From IMG/VR virus record IMGVR_UViG_3300040733_000024, positions 1 through 47,664 of that record: a stretch of DNA of 47,664 nt; one strand, written 5' to 3'. Numbering within the stretch: the stretch's first letter is position 1; the number at the start of each line of letters is the position of its first letter. Shown here piece after piece: positions 8,969 through 19,342 of the stretch. A program made the position numbers and the translations under genes. Source of the stretch: a virus. Taxonomy: Duplodnaviria; Caudoviricetes. The notes under the pieces are model-generated. The model was not told where the DNA came from, did not search any database, and was given only the letters and a program-made list of their open reading frames with translations.

Positions 8969-9336
8969 TACTGGATCACCACCTTAATATAACCCGGATT
9001 ATGGGTAAAACTGGCCTCAGCCCTTATTTCATAGGTTCCAGGGGTCTCTCCTTCAAAGTCAAATTCTACTATCCCTCCAGTCGGAGTTAAAGTTACCTCC
9101 TGTGGAACCTCCCCGGTTATTTTAATGGTTATATCCCGGTTTTCATCCGGGAGAGGGTTCCCCTGCCAGTCCCGGTATTCAGCCTGGAAGGTAATAGGAA
9201 CTCCTACGGTTCCGGTCTTATTACCGGAAAAGACGATAACCGTAAAAGCTGACTTAACCACTTTCGCCAGTTGGATACTGTCTTCGGTTGTAACCTCATA
9301 AACGAGGTCTCCTTCGACGATAGTTTCTTTAGCCAT
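8968..9336 (-). CDS. Ig-like tail-associated protein
   Basis: Beta-rich with Big-like motifs DWQGNPL and PGTYEIRA; at the end of the tail module. Confidence 0.5.
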   Translation of the reverse strand: MAKETIVEGDLVYEVTTEDSIQLAKVVKSAFTVIVFSGNKTGTVGVPITFQAEYRDWQGNPLPDENRDITIKITGEVPQEVTLTPTGGIVEFDFEGETPGTYEIRAEASFTHNPGYIKVVIQ

Positions 9337-9348
9337 AATTTACCCTCC

Positions 9349-9978
9349 TTATGAGTTAGCGGAAATATAATAAATACCGTACTTTAATGCAGGAGATATA
9401 GACCCGTGTCCAGACGGTACTGTATGGGTAAACTTTAAACTGGAATCTACATAAAAACCGCTGGGAATGTAGAACGTGGCATAGCCTGGGGTTCTTAAAT
9501 CTACATTTGTCGAACCGTCATAGTATGCCACCCATGAAAAAGCGTCTATAAGCTGCCATGCAAAGTCTTCCCTCCAACTTTCAGAGGAAGCGTTCCAGTT
9601 ATCCGCGTTATATTCGCCAAGAGTATCATAAGACCCACCTATTAACTGAGTCCCGTTTAATTTAATAGAATACGAACCATAAGACGGAGCTGCCATCATA
9701 TTCATATATCCACCCAGAATAATAACTGGCCCCGTAAGGTTGATAATATCGGTAGTTGTATTCTCAGCGTAGGAAGTACGGTTATAGCCGTATAGTAACT
9801 GTACCTGTTTCCCTGCTTTCCACGGGGATCGGTCGATCTTAGGCCCGACCGTGTTTACGAGGTAGTCGCGACCCTCTTTTACCTTACTGTGTAGACTCCC
9901 GGCAGCGTCGGCAGCGTCTCCCCTGTTTCCCACATTTCGCGTAAGATGAGCGTAAACAGCTTCGAAGAATCCGAACAT
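9349..9978 (-). CDS. Putative tail fibre / receptor-binding protein
   Basis: N-terminal VGNRGDAADAAGSLHSKVK anchor-like motif; aromatic, beta-rich C-terminus; position after the tail tip genes. Confidence 0.5.
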   Translation of the reverse strand: MFGFFEAVYAHLTRNVGNRGDAADAAGSLHSKVKEGRDYLVNTVGPKIDRSPWKAGKQVQLLYGYNRTSYAENTTTDIINLTGPVIILGGYMNMMAAPSYGSYSIKLNGTQLIGGSYDTLGEYNADNWNASSESWREDFAWQLIDAFSWVAYYDGSTNVDLRTPGYATFYIPSGFYVDSSLKFTHTVPSGHGSISPALKYGIYYISANS

Positions 9979-10737
9979 TTAAGACACCCCCCACTTTACC
10001 GCTACGTTATTAATATCGTAGGTCGGCGTTAACTTTTCGGCTATTTTCCAGGTTCCGTCAGCAGACGGTAGCCATCTCCAGATATACGACATAAGACCAT
10101 TACCGTCGTAAACGATCCAGGTCTTACCGTTAATCCCGTATATACCATGTTTTAAAATATAATTCCCCGGAGTGTTCGCATAAGTTCTAAAATGAGCAGC
10201 ATAGCAAGCGTTCCATACCCCAGAGGTTCCAGCCCGGAAATAGGTAGGATGGTTAGCGTCCGAAGAACCCTCCCCGATCCAGCGGAGATGGTTCGTAACG
10301 TCCCCCGCTTTGTTCAGCCTGATCCAGTAGTAAGCGGAAGACGGGAGGCTAGACAGGTCTATCGGTAAGCTAATATATCCGGTCGTAAAGAGTTTCGCGG
10401 GAAAGGTTACGGTCTTTAGCAGAACCCCGTCGTTACTACCGTTAATATTAAACGTATTATCCCGGACTTCGACCGTAAGGTCAGTCCCGGCCCCTATTTT
10501 TTTGACCTCTAATTCGATCCTCCCGATCGTGGTCTGAGAGCCGATCCCGAATCTTTGGCAGTAGTTCGAGGTCGACAGGTAATGCTCAAAAACCCCTGTC
10601 CCGTTACTCTCAGACCCATTATTTGAGTCGATAAAAGTTCCGTCGAAAATCAAAGACGACGGCTGACCCGCTATAATGGAGTTCATCGTCGCTTCGTCTA
10701 ACACGGTATACCCTGCTTTAAAAGCATTAAGAGTCAA
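9979..10737 (-). CDS. Minor tail / baseplate protein
   Basis: Likely TTG start at 10737 after a G-rich RBS; beta-sandwich-like sequence; tail module. Confidence 0.55.
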   Translation of the reverse strand: MTLNAFKAGYTVLDEATMNSIIAGQPSSLIFDGTFIDSNNGSESNGTGVFEHYLSTSNYCQRFGIGSQTTIGRIELEVKKIGAGTDLTVEVRDNTFNINGSNDGVLLKTVTFPAKLFTTGYISLPIDLSSLPSSAYYWIRLNKAGDVTNHLRWIGEGSSDANHPTYFRAGTSGVWNACYAAHFRTYANTPGNYILKHGIYGINGKTWIVYDGNGLMSYIWRWLPSADGTWKIAEKLTPTYDINNVAVKWGVS

Positions 10738-10748
10738 AATAACACCCC

Positions 10749-11216
10749 CTAACCTAAAAATGACAGCCGACATTCTGCTGTCATTACTTGGTTATCTGAT
10801 TTACTGATCGGAGTCACCAGTCGGTTAAGCAGTATACCGCTGTTTAAGACGGTAGTCCCGGCGACATAAATCCCTACCTCCTGCCAGTCTCCATTCCCCT
10901 CCGTAGCCAAAAAGAAAGTCCGCAGCCTTACGACGTTACTCGCTCTCGTTTTTGATACCAGTATTTGACGTTCCCCTTCGGCCCTTAGCGTTTTATCCAG
11001 AAGGGGATCGACGGGACTGGAATCCGTTCCCAAAGCGAAGTAAATACCCACGTCGGCGGTCTGCTCCCCGGCGAAAATAGCTGCCAGGAATTCAAGTCCG
11101 GTCTGTACGACCTTATTCCGCTTATAAATTACCGTCCCGTCGTCAAAATAAAAGAACCAGTCGCCCAGGATTGTTAGACCCTGTGGCTCTGGTTCGAACC
11201 TTACCAGTTCCAGCAT
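10749..11216 (-). CDS. Tail-collar/baseplate-type protein
   Basis: NKVVQTG...FALGTD...EGNGDWQEVGIY...LLNR pattern typical of tail collar proteins. Confidence 0.6.
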   Translation of the reverse strand: MLELVRFEPEPQGLTILGDWFFYFDDGTVIYKRNKVVQTGLEFLAAIFAGEQTADVGIYFALGTDSSPVDPLLDKTLRAEGERQILVSKTRASNVVRLRTFFLATEGNGDWQEVGIYVAGTTVLNSGILLNRLVTPISKSDNQVMTAECRLSFLG

Positions 11217-11233
11217 TTTAATAACTCCCCTCC

Positions 11234-14026
11234 TTACGCTACGATAAAACCGCAGAGAGTATCTGTTTCGGAAATGTCTTTCCAGTTCTTAACTAAAAAC
11301 CTGGAATTCTGGAACGTAACCCCCCGGACTTTTATAAAGCCAGGGTAAGGAACGTCGATAGCCCCCCTAACGTAGTCCTGCCAGTTTGTCCAGATCGTCC
11401 CGTTGGCAGAAGTACAATACTGGAACCTTAACCACGGCTCAGACCCGACTTGCTGGATACTAGCCTTTGTCCCAACAGTCGCGAAGGTCTCCCCAAATCC
11501 CATATAAGCAGTCATAAACCCGTTATTAAAGTCCATAAGATAGGTCGTATTTTCATCCCAGGTTAACTCCTGCCCGTAAGCTGCCTGATGATCTGAGAAT
11601 ACCCTGGCTCTATTGGAGATTCGGAAAGCCTCGATCTGGAAGTAACCCGGCGACAGAGGGTAGACCTGACTGTAACCTATGTTTAATAAAGCCGGGACAG
11701 CGATCGCGGGTTCTACATAAGCCCTGGTTCCGACCAGAGTATTATTTACACAGAGGGTTAAGGTCGTATTATCCCCGGAGATCATTAAGTGGTAGGTATT
11801 CCCCTTTGTAGCGTAACCGTCAGCAGTATTGAGAAGGTACTCCGCTCCCCCGACGACCGTTTTACCCTGTATGGCTCCGGTACTCAGAACATACATAGAC
11901 CATCTGTTATCTGTACCAGTACCCGCATTAAACAGGTATTTTGTTAACCCCCCGACGTTCATCGTCGTAAGAGCCTTAAAAATCATTTCCACAGTCCAGT
12001 TACCTTTAGTAAAAACACTTCCCGGAACGTCCAGAGTCTCCCCGGCCCGTGTCGTTGGATGGTATGAAGTAGCCATAGGTAGCTTTTCAGCCATCACGTC
12101 GTCGATCCAGGACGGAGTATATTCGTCCATACTGTAGACGTAACAGGTCGCGGTAGCTGGGGAGGCTCCGTTCGCAGCCCCTACGGTTAACCTCTGATAA
12201 ACCCCGTTGCCTGTATGATAATTGCCGTAAGAGTAAACCCCGTTAAGGTATATCGCGAGTCTTACACTAGAGGTCGCGGAAGTCTTCGCCCAGGCTGAAA
12301 GAGCCAGAGGCTCGTTAGCCCCCAGGCTTACTGTAAAATAGGCACGTTTATTCGCGGTATTGTCGCTGCCCTGTAGTTTTAAACACCCTGCCCCGCTGTA
12401 TTGATTCGTGGTATCCCGCAAAAAGGTTCCCGTCCCGAACTCTCCCGTCCATCCGGTAAGGTTAGTATCAAAAGACGGGTTAGTACAGAAGTTCTGAGAC
12501 GGCCCCTCTAAGATTAACCCTTTACCGAAGGTACTCGGTTCAATCCGGGGAACCCCGGCTTCGACCTGTGTTCCGTCAGTAAGTACAGCGGTACTCGTCC
12601 GGGCAAAAGCCGGGGATGCGGGAACTGTCTGCTGTCTTAGATCCTCATACCCAGGTTCCACATAAAAGGGAGGCTGTTTATTAATTACCGTTAAAGCGTC
12701 TTCGACTGTGGCCTCGTCCGTGAGGTAAATAAACTTATGGATTAAGTTGGTATCTGCCAGCTTTTTCTTTTGCTGGCTTGAAACGATAGCCTTTAGGAAG
12801 TCGGCTATTCCTAAAAGCCTCCCGCCATATTCGATCTTGTATGACCACTCAGTCGGGGTTAGAGGATAGATCGTTACCTTCTGGACGATATACGTCCCGA
12901 CGACTCCACGTTCCGGGAGGTTAATACTCACAAGCTGGCCCGGAACCCATCCGGTCGTCTCTGTTTCGAAACCCCCTTTTACCTTCGGGTTAGAGTTCTC
13001 TTTAAGGTCGGAATTCCCGGCAGCTTCGGCAGCGTCGATCGTGACCAGGGAGTCGTCTACGATAACGTGTTCATAAATACCGTCTCCCCCCTGAGCAGCA
13101 GCGATCGCGTTCTGAGACTCTATGTCTTCGACCATTGTTATAACGTCGATTTCGTAGCGGTAAGTCCAGGAGATCGTAGTTCCTGCTGGAATTAAAGCGG
13201 TTCCAGCAATTGCCTTAACGTATTTCTCGTTAAAGTTTAGAAGATACGCGAAGTCCACTTCCTTGTCGACATACTCGATCCCGACCGTAACCGGAGCAGT
13301 ATTTACCGACATACTCAGATCGTGGGGTTTGTGGGGAAGGTTCCAGATTTTTGACTTACCGTCAGCCACGACCTCATAAGTAAAGGGGTCGGATAACATC
13401 TTACCCCCACGGATATAGACCCTGTTCCTTAACCCCTGCTGATCTATGGAATGGGTAAAGTTCCGGTAGTTTGTGGCCCCTTCCTCCAGCATGATCGGAG
13501 CCGATTGATTTAACGTCTTTGGATCAAAAAACCATACGTCCCGGTCGTAGTCGACGTACCAGTCCCAGCCCACGTAATCAGCCAGTTCCTTTAAACATTC
13601 GGAAACTCTCTTATAGTCGAAGAATATATACTCGACGACCGGAGCGTTAGGTCTGACGTTAATAACCGTAAAGCCTGGACAGTATTTCGTGATAATGTCT
13701 TTGGCGATAAGGTCAGCCGTCATATTCTCGTAAGTCTCGACGACAAGTCTTTTATCTATCTGGTATGTGTAGTCCTGGCAATCGACCGACCAGAGTTTCA
13801 CGTTATTAATTTTCCGGGTATATTTAACGACATCGACGATCCCGCCGAATAAAACCTCCCCGGCGTTGTTTATGACTCGAACGTCATCGCCCTGGTTAGG
13901 CTGTAAGTTCTTTATATCAAAAGAGAGGGTATCGACCACGGAGGCCAGTACCCTCTCAATATTGATAGATTCGGAGATAACATTAGCGAGCCGGTTCGTC
14001 CCGGCGATATTGAACTGTTCAGCCAT
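11234..14026 (-). CDS. Large tail tip protein with carbohydrate-binding (CBM4/9-like) and LamG-like domains
   Basis: N-terminal hub-like region (DWYVDYDRDVWFF, NRVYIRGG); NPSFDTNLTGW...IDDVMAEK CBM; WTVEM...FRISNRAR LamG; follows the tape measure gene. Confidence 0.7.
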   Translation of the reverse strand: MAEQFNIAGTNRLANVISESINIERVLASVVDTLSFDIKNLQPNQGDDVRVINNAGEVLFGGIVDVVKYTRKINNVKLWSVDCQDYTYQIDKRLVVETYENMTADLIAKDIITKYCPGFTVINVRPNAPVVEYIFFDYKRVSECLKELADYVGWDWYVDYDRDVWFFDPKTLNQSAPIMLEEGATNYRNFTHSIDQQGLRNRVYIRGGKMLSDPFTYEVVADGKSKIWNLPHKPHDLSMSVNTAPVTVGIEYVDKEVDFAYLLNFNEKYVKAIAGTALIPAGTTISWTYRYEIDVITMVEDIESQNAIAAAQGGDGIYEHVIVDDSLVTIDAAEAAGNSDLKENSNPKVKGGFETETTGWVPGQLVSINLPERGVVGTYIVQKVTIYPLTPTEWSYKIEYGGRLLGIADFLKAIVSSQQKKKLADTNLIHKFIYLTDEATVEDALTVINKQPPFYVEPGYEDLRQQTVPASPAFARTSTAVLTDGTQVEAGVPRIEPSTFGKGLILEGPSQNFCTNPSFDTNLTGWTGEFGTGTFLRDTTNQYSGAGCLKLQGSDNTANKRAYFTVSLGANEPLALSAWAKTSATSSVRLAIYLNGVYSYGNYHTGNGVYQRLTVGAANGASPATATCYVYSMDEYTPSWIDDVMAEKLPMATSYHPTTRAGETLDVPGSVFTKGNWTVEMIFKALTTMNVGGLTKYLFNAGTGTDNRWSMYVLSTGAIQGKTVVGGAEYLLNTADGYATKGNTYHLMISGDNTTLTLCVNNTLVGTRAYVEPAIAVPALLNIGYSQVYPLSPGYFQIEAFRISNRARVFSDHQAAYGQELTWDENTTYLMDFNNGFMTAYMGFGETFATVGTKASIQQVGSEPWLRFQYCTSANGTIWTNWQDYVRGAIDVPYPGFIKVRGVTFQNSRFLVKNWKDISETDTLCGFIVA

Positions 14027-14027
14027 T

Positions 14028-17000
14028 TTAGAATCTCACCCCCCGGCGAGCCAGCTCCCTCTCTAACTTTTCCCAGATTTCCTGACCGTTCGATCCGGTA
14101 ATGTTAATTTCGAACGTGTTACCCGCGAGGCTACCGTCCGCAGCCACGGCAGAACCACCATTAAGGCCACCGAAAGCGATAGACCCTGGAACCGCAGCAG
14201 CCCCCAGCTTACCCATAGCTCCCCGTAAATACGGTAAGCTATTAGTAATACCGTCAGCGAAGGTCGTAACCAGTCCCGGCCCCGTCTCGCCCAGGCTACT
14301 TAATGCCCCCCTCTTAGCAGGGGAATGAGGCATAAATGAGTCGACCGTTTCTGCCATATCTTCGAGAACTCTTATTAACCGCGAGAATTGACTTCTTATC
14401 CCGGAGATAAAATTACCCATAAGATCAATACCCCAGCGGTCAGCTTTATCCACTAAGTTATTAAAGCGGGTATCTACCTCGGTTATTACCTGGAATAAAT
14501 GAGCCTTCATTTTGTCCCAGGTTACGATTAAGTCGGTAAGCATTTTATTCCAGAGCGTATCTAAAGAGGTATCGATCGCGTTCCATGTAGTTAAGGTCTT
14601 ATCCTTAATAGAGGTATGAATTGTATCCAGAACGGTCGAAGCGTTCGTCCAGAGTGTCGTTACCGTCTGGGTCGCTGTAGTATTTGCTGTTATGAGACCC
14701 TGGGTCTGTTCACCCGTGGCCCCCAGAACCCCGTTCTTTTGTTGCTCTGCCTGTTTAGCCTGATCCCCGGCTCCCTGGCCCCCGGCCATCATAGCAGCCC
14801 CGATCCCGCCCAGAACCCCGGAGAGTTCAGGCATTTTCGAGGATATAGCAGCAGCCAGCTTTACGATCATTTCCCCGCCAATCTTGGTAGCGTTATCGAC
14901 GAGGGTTTGGAGTTCCTTCGTGGTATCATCTTTAATCTTTTGACTGGTCGTCTGCCATTCCTGGTAATACTGGCTTAACTGTTCGGCTGAATTCATCCGT
15001 AATTCAGCGATCTTCTCCTGAGTCTCAGCCCGGAGTCCTTCGAGTTCGGTTCTGGCCTCCGCCCTGGCTAAAGAGTTCTTCTCCTTCCATAAAGCCACAT
15101 ACTGAGTAAGTTCGGAGTCGCTTAACGTAGTTAAAGCAGCGATTTCGTCCGCTGCCTTTGGCCCCATCTCTTTGAGTTCAGCCAGCAGCCCCTCGTCGAT
15201 CCCGCGAGTAGCCAGGGTCGAAAGGTTCTTCTTCCAGTCTTTGAGGGTATCCACCTGGCCCCCCAGGTTCCCCAGGAGGTCGCTGCCGCTTACGTCTTTA
15301 TGAGTAAATTGCTCGAATAGGCCCACGAAGTTAGAAATAGCTTTCGCCCGATCGTCGAGAGCCTTTTTAAAGTCGTCGGTTACTTTCTGTTCGTCTTCCC
15401 TGAGTTTCCGGTTATTCTCCGCGATACTATCGAAGTAGTCGTCCTGAGCCTTTTTAAGTTCGCTTCGGTACTTCGTCGCGACTTCGCTTACTTGGTTAAC
15501 GAGGTTACTCATTTCGCGAGCCTGATCCCGGATAGCAGTATTAGAGTCGCAAATCTCTTTAGCGAGTTTATTTTGTTCTGTCTGAGCCTTGATAAATTCC
15601 AAGTTAGCTTTACGGGTTTCCTCGGAGTTTTCCCCTGTGGCAGCAGCCGTCGCCTTATACTCTCTTTGCAGGTTTTTAACAATCTCTCCCTGCTTTTCGT
15701 AATCCTCGTTAAGTTGCCCAGCTTTAAGGGTAAGTTCTCCCATTTTCCCGGCTTCCTCTCCTAGCTGGGAGATAGCGAGTTCATGTTCGGCGTTTAAAAG
15801 TTCCTGTTCAGCTTTGGCCTTTTCGGTCTGCCAGGACATTTTCGCCAAAGCAAGAGACGTACCGTTAATCTGTGTCGATAACTCCGCGAGTGTTTTAGCC
15901 TCGGTAGCGTATTTACTGGCAGCGTCGACGACCTCTTTCGCGGTCATTTCGTGGGTCGCTGCCATTTCCTCATAACCCTGGCGAGCCTTATCGACGATCT
16001 CCTGCTGGAGAGCGTATTCGTTCTTTAAATGAGAAAGCTCCAGAGCCAGCTTATCGGCCTCCGAAGCATTTTTATCCATAGTTATAGAGTTAAGTTCGTA
16101 CTGAGCGTTAAGAGCTTGCATCTTAGCGGTAATAGCGTCGATGGCTTTTTCCCAGGCTGTCCGGTTGTCTTCGGCTGCTTTTTCCCCCGCTGCCCCGGCC
16201 CCGGCTGCTTCACTACCCATACCGTTAAAAGCGTTAGCCACGTCGTCAGCTGAAAAGGCCAAACTACCCGCTGATCCCGCTGTAGCATCCATATCGCTAC
16301 CCGCTTCGCTGATCGAATCTCTCCATCCCCCGGCGAAAGTATCGTACATACTATTTTGAGCGTCTATAAAACTAGAAGATAATTCACCAGCAGTAGCGGA
16401 GAGTTCGTTAAGATTAAGGGTAATGTCGTCGACTTGCTGAGATACGGCAGCCCTGGCATTTTCGAACCCGGACTCGAACCCTGGAGCGATCTTACCGATC
16501 AGGCCCACGACCGGAGCCAGCCTGTCCATAATGCCCAGAAGCAGACTAAAGACCGCAGCTTTAAACCTGTTAAACGCAATCGCTATATCGTTTAAAACGG
16601 AACCAAAGAAAGCGGAAATAAAAGTCCCTACAGCAGCCGTCTTCTGCTGGATACCTCCCCAGTTCGTTACCCATGCGTGACGTAGAGCCACCACAGCCCC
16701 TATAATTACCGAGATAACAAAAACGACAGGGTTAGCTTTTATAAGTGTGTTAAAAAGTTTAGTAACGAGGTTAACCCCTTTCATTACATCTTGATATTTA
16801 GTCCATAGACCAGTAATAACCGCGATAACCTTTAAGGCTCCCAGATAGCCGACGACCCCCGCGAGTACCGGCCCCAGTACGTTCCAATGAGCGATAACCT
16901 GTTTAGCGATAGCGACGAGAACCCCGCCGACCGTGGAGACCACAGTCCAGACGACATTAAAAGAGTCACTTATTGACTTTGCCCATTTGTCCAGGGTTCC

Positions 17001-17831
17001 GTTCTTTTGAAGTTCTACCACTTTAGCAGTTAGGTCTTGAAGACCTTTCGACATTTTTTCGAACATTGGCTTGGATAATTGACCCATAAACATATTAAGA
17101 GTATCTTTCAAAGTCGAGAGCGTACCAGTAAAGGTCTTGGCCTGTTTTTCCATAGCCCCGGCGTACTTCGACTGCATACCTTCCATTAAAGCTGGGATGG
17201 CTTGTTCAGACATTAACTTACCTTGAGCAGCCAAAGCCATGAGTTCGGCTTTAGATTTACCCATACTCTTAGCGAGAATATCCCAGCCTCCGATCCCTCT
17301 CTCCGCGAGTTGGTTCATTTCCTCGGCTGAGATTTTTCCCTTGGTCATCATTTGACCGATAGCTACAGTAACCCCGTTAAGAGTTTCCTCATTACCTCCG
17401 ATCGCGGAGACCGCATTGCCGATCGCATTAAGAGACGGCATCACTTGTTCAGCGTTAAAACCCATAGCCAGCATTAATTTAGCGGATTTCTGGATTCCGG
17501 GGAATTCGAAAGGGGTATTAGCAGCGAAAGCCTGGAGGTTGGAGATCATACCTTTAGCCTTATCCGCAGAACCCAGAAGGGTCTCGAAAGACATCTGAGC
17601 TGTCTCCATTTCGGCATTAAATTTAATACCGAACCCAGCAGCAGCCGTCAGAGCAGCTCCGATCGAAGTACCCATAACAGCCCCGGCAATCCCGACAGCT
17701 TTAAAACCTTTCGAAGTGTTATTTACCACACCCCCGAAATTTTGAAGCATCCCGCTGGCCTGATCTAGACCAGTCTTTAAACCCCCCAGGTCGGCTTTCA
17801 GTTTTACCATTACCTCGCTTAAAATAGCCAT
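14028..17831 (-). CDS. Tail tape measure protein
   Basis: Over 1260 aa; FAANTPFE...GKISAEEMNQLAERG tape-measure domain; long helical/coiled-coil body; ATG at 17831 after an RBS. Confidence 0.92.
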   Translation of the reverse strand: MAILSEVMVKLKADLGGLKTGLDQASGMLQNFGGVVNNTSKGFKAVGIAGAVMGTSIGAALTAAAGFGIKFNAEMETAQMSFETLLGSADKAKGMISNLQAFAANTPFEFPGIQKSAKLMLAMGFNAEQVMPSLNAIGNAVSAIGGNEETLNGVTVAIGQMMTKGKISAEEMNQLAERGIGGWDILAKSMGKSKAELMALAAQGKLMSEQAIPALMEGMQSKYAGAMEKQAKTFTGTLSTLKDTLNMFMGQLSKPMFEKMSKGLQDLTAKVVELQKNGTLDKWAKSISDSFNVVWTVVSTVGGVLVAIAKQVIAHWNVLGPVLAGVVGYLGALKVIAVITGLWTKYQDVMKGVNLVTKLFNTLIKANPVVFVISVIIGAVVALRHAWVTNWGGIQQKTAAVGTFISAFFGSVLNDIAIAFNRFKAAVFSLLLGIMDRLAPVVGLIGKIAPGFESGFENARAAVSQQVDDITLNLNELSATAGELSSSFIDAQNSMYDTFAGGWRDSISEAGSDMDATAGSAGSLAFSADDVANAFNGMGSEAAGAGAAGEKAAEDNRTAWEKAIDAITAKMQALNAQYELNSITMDKNASEADKLALELSHLKNEYALQQEIVDKARQGYEEMAATHEMTAKEVVDAASKYATEAKTLAELSTQINGTSLALAKMSWQTEKAKAEQELLNAEHELAISQLGEEAGKMGELTLKAGQLNEDYEKQGEIVKNLQREYKATAAATGENSEETRKANLEFIKAQTEQNKLAKEICDSNTAIRDQAREMSNLVNQVSEVATKYRSELKKAQDDYFDSIAENNRKLREDEQKVTDDFKKALDDRAKAISNFVGLFEQFTHKDVSGSDLLGNLGGQVDTLKDWKKNLSTLATRGIDEGLLAELKEMGPKAADEIAALTTLSDSELTQYVALWKEKNSLARAEARTELEGLRAETQEKIAELRMNSAEQLSQYYQEWQTTSQKIKDDTTKELQTLVDNATKIGGEMIVKLAAAISSKMPELSGVLGGIGAAMMAGGQGAGDQAKQAEQQKNGVLGATGEQTQGLITANTTATQTVTTLWTNASTVLDTIHTSIKDKTLTTWNAIDTSLDTLWNKMLTDLIVTWDKMKAHLFQVITEVDTRFNNLVDKADRWGIDLMGNFISGIRSQFSRLIRVLEDMAETVDSFMPHSPAKRGALSSLGETGPGLVTTFADGITNSLPYLRGAMGKLGAAAVPGSIAFGGLNGGSAVAADGSLAGNTFEINITGSNGQEIWEKLERELARRGVRF

Positions 17832-17892
17832 TAATTCACCCCCTTGCTTTCGGGATTTTTGCAAAAAAAGAAGGGGAGTTCGTAGAACCCCC

Positions 17893-18245
17893 CTAACTTT
17901 TGAATTTTTTCTTTAAATCGTCTAAGGCTTTCTCTCTTTCTTCTGGAGTCATGGTCCGGGTAGCCTCGGTCGGTCGACGACCCAGCAGTCTATCAACGGT
18001 AATAGGTCGTTTTAAAGTACCCATCGCGTTCATTAAGTTAGACGCGAGCCAAGCTATTTTATGGTACTCCCGGTCCTGTCTGTTGGTTTCGTCCTGGATA
18101 TAAGCGTCGACCATTTCGGTAAACTCCGTTAACGTCAAGCCCCAGAATTCGTCGGGTTTAAGTCGTAAAGCACCGAAAGCCAGTTTTTTGATTTGCGACC
18201 AGTCGAATTTTAGGTCGCCTTCGTCCCCTTCGGTACTCTCTGTTA
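17893..18245 (-). CDS. Tail assembly chaperone, C-terminal (GT-like) part reached by -1 frameshift
   Basis: The -1 frame from the slippery site is open: LTESTEGDEGDLKFDWSQIKKLAFGALRLKPDEFWGLTLTEF..., joining the 17893-18138 ORF. Confidence 0.8.
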
Positions 18246-18539
18246 GTTTTTTCCCGACCCTGCTTTAAAAGCCTCGGTAACTTTTTCGTTAATGTAATTC
18301 ATATTATCCAGGTCGACCCACTCTCCGACCTCTATCTCTGTGAGGGTAGCATTTTCGTGGATTAGGCCAGCCCAGAGGAAAGCCCTTAACTGCTTAATTC
18401 CCATTTTTAAATTATTAAGTTCATCCAGGGATACCCCCAGCTTGTCTTCCAGTTCTGCCAGGGAATTAAGAGTATAGCGAATTTTCCTAGCTTTACCGTC
18501 AAGCTCGATTTCCACTAAAGCCCTCTCTTTATTAGCCAT
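18243..18539 (-). CDS. Tail assembly chaperone (G-like)
   Basis: YTLNSLAELEDKLG...LWAGL; ends in GKN; lies between the major tail and tape measure genes. Confidence 0.8.
   Translation of the reverse strand: MANKERALVEIELDGKARKIRYTLNSLAELEDKLGVSLDELNNLKMGIKQLRAFLWAGLIHENATLTEIEVGEWVDLDNMNYINEKVTEAFKAGSGKN
18246..18255 (-). other. Programmed -1 ribosomal frameshift slippery site GGGAAAAAAC
   Basis: XXXYYYZ heptamers (GGGAAAA / AAAAAAC) immediately before the TAA; the -1 frame stays open to 17893. Confidence 0.8.
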
Positions 18540-18581
18540 AAAATAAAAAAACCTCCTGTGACTGAGTTTTTAGGATTCTAT

Positions 18582-18926
18582 CTATTTAACTGGAAGCTCG
18601 ACGACGGCTACGGTTAAGCCCGTTACCCCGGAATAGGTAATCTGTACTTTACCGTTAACGTCGTTAAAACGGAGAGGATCGAGAGGCCCGATCCGTAGGT
18701 CGCCAGTAGTCGCGGGTACTACAACGGCTACGTTATGGGTCGTAGTCCCGCCATAGTTGCAGGGAGTCTGGTTCGCGATCGTTACGGTAATTGGAGAACC
18801 CCCGGTATTCTTATAATGGAGGTACTGTTTACCAGTATTAACGAACTCATCTCCACCCCCAGCAGCAGCCCCGAAGGTCGGATTAAGACCCGCGAGAACG
18901 ATCTTTTGAGCAGTAAGGGTCGCCAT
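18582..18926 (-). CDS. Structural / tail decoration-like protein
   Basis: Beta-rich, 114 aa, own GGAGG RBS, directly after the major tail gene. Confidence 0.55.
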   Translation of the reverse strand: MATLTAQKIVLAGLNPTFGAAAGGGDEFVNTGKQYLHYKNTGGSPITVTIANQTPCNYGGTTTHNVAVVVPATTGDLRIGPLDPLRFNDVNGKVQITYSGVTGLTVAVVELPVK

Positions 18927-18938
18927 TTATCTAACCTC

Positions 18939-19340
18939 CTATACCTGAGTTAATGCTCCGGTTCCGGTTAGGGATACAGAATAAGTCGCTGCTCCGTCCT
19001 GTGGAAATTCCATAGGAAGATCGGCGATTATACAGGTTCCGGTATACTTGGTTCCAGACGGCATACGGATTTCAGCCTTTATGGAGGAACGGGAATTCCA
19101 GAGAGACTCCAGACGGGTATACCCAGCGTCTTCAGATACGATAAAACCGTCGCAGTCCATACTCCAGGAATTCACTCCCGCCACGTTTTCTGCCCAGCCG
19201 TTAGCGTCCTTGGAAGTCGTGTCGACAACGTTGGTCGAACGGTTAAGGGTAGCCCCGGATTGTCCACCGAGAACGACGAAAGTTCCAGGAGTTGCAGTCT
19301 CGACGTATAAAAGAACGTCTACACCAGCTACTTTAGCCAT
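18939..19340 (-). CDS. Major tail tube protein (TP901-1 type)
   Basis: GVDVLLY...GGQSGATLNRS...DTTSKD...WSMDCDG...TYSVSLTGTGAL. Confidence 0.85.
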   Translation of the reverse strand: MAKVAGVDVLLYVETATPGTFVVLGGQSGATLNRSTNVVDTTSKDANGWAENVAGVNSWSMDCDGFIVSEDAGYTRLESLWNSRSSIKAEIRMPSGTKYTGTCIIADLPMEFPQDGAATYSVSLTGTGALTQV

Positions 19341-19342
19341 TT

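Noticed and set aside
18582-19340. SPP1-like frameshift or readthrough extension of the major tail protein
   Set aside because: The downstream 114-aa gene has its own GGAGG RBS and ATG, and no clear slippery site lies at the tail gene stop.
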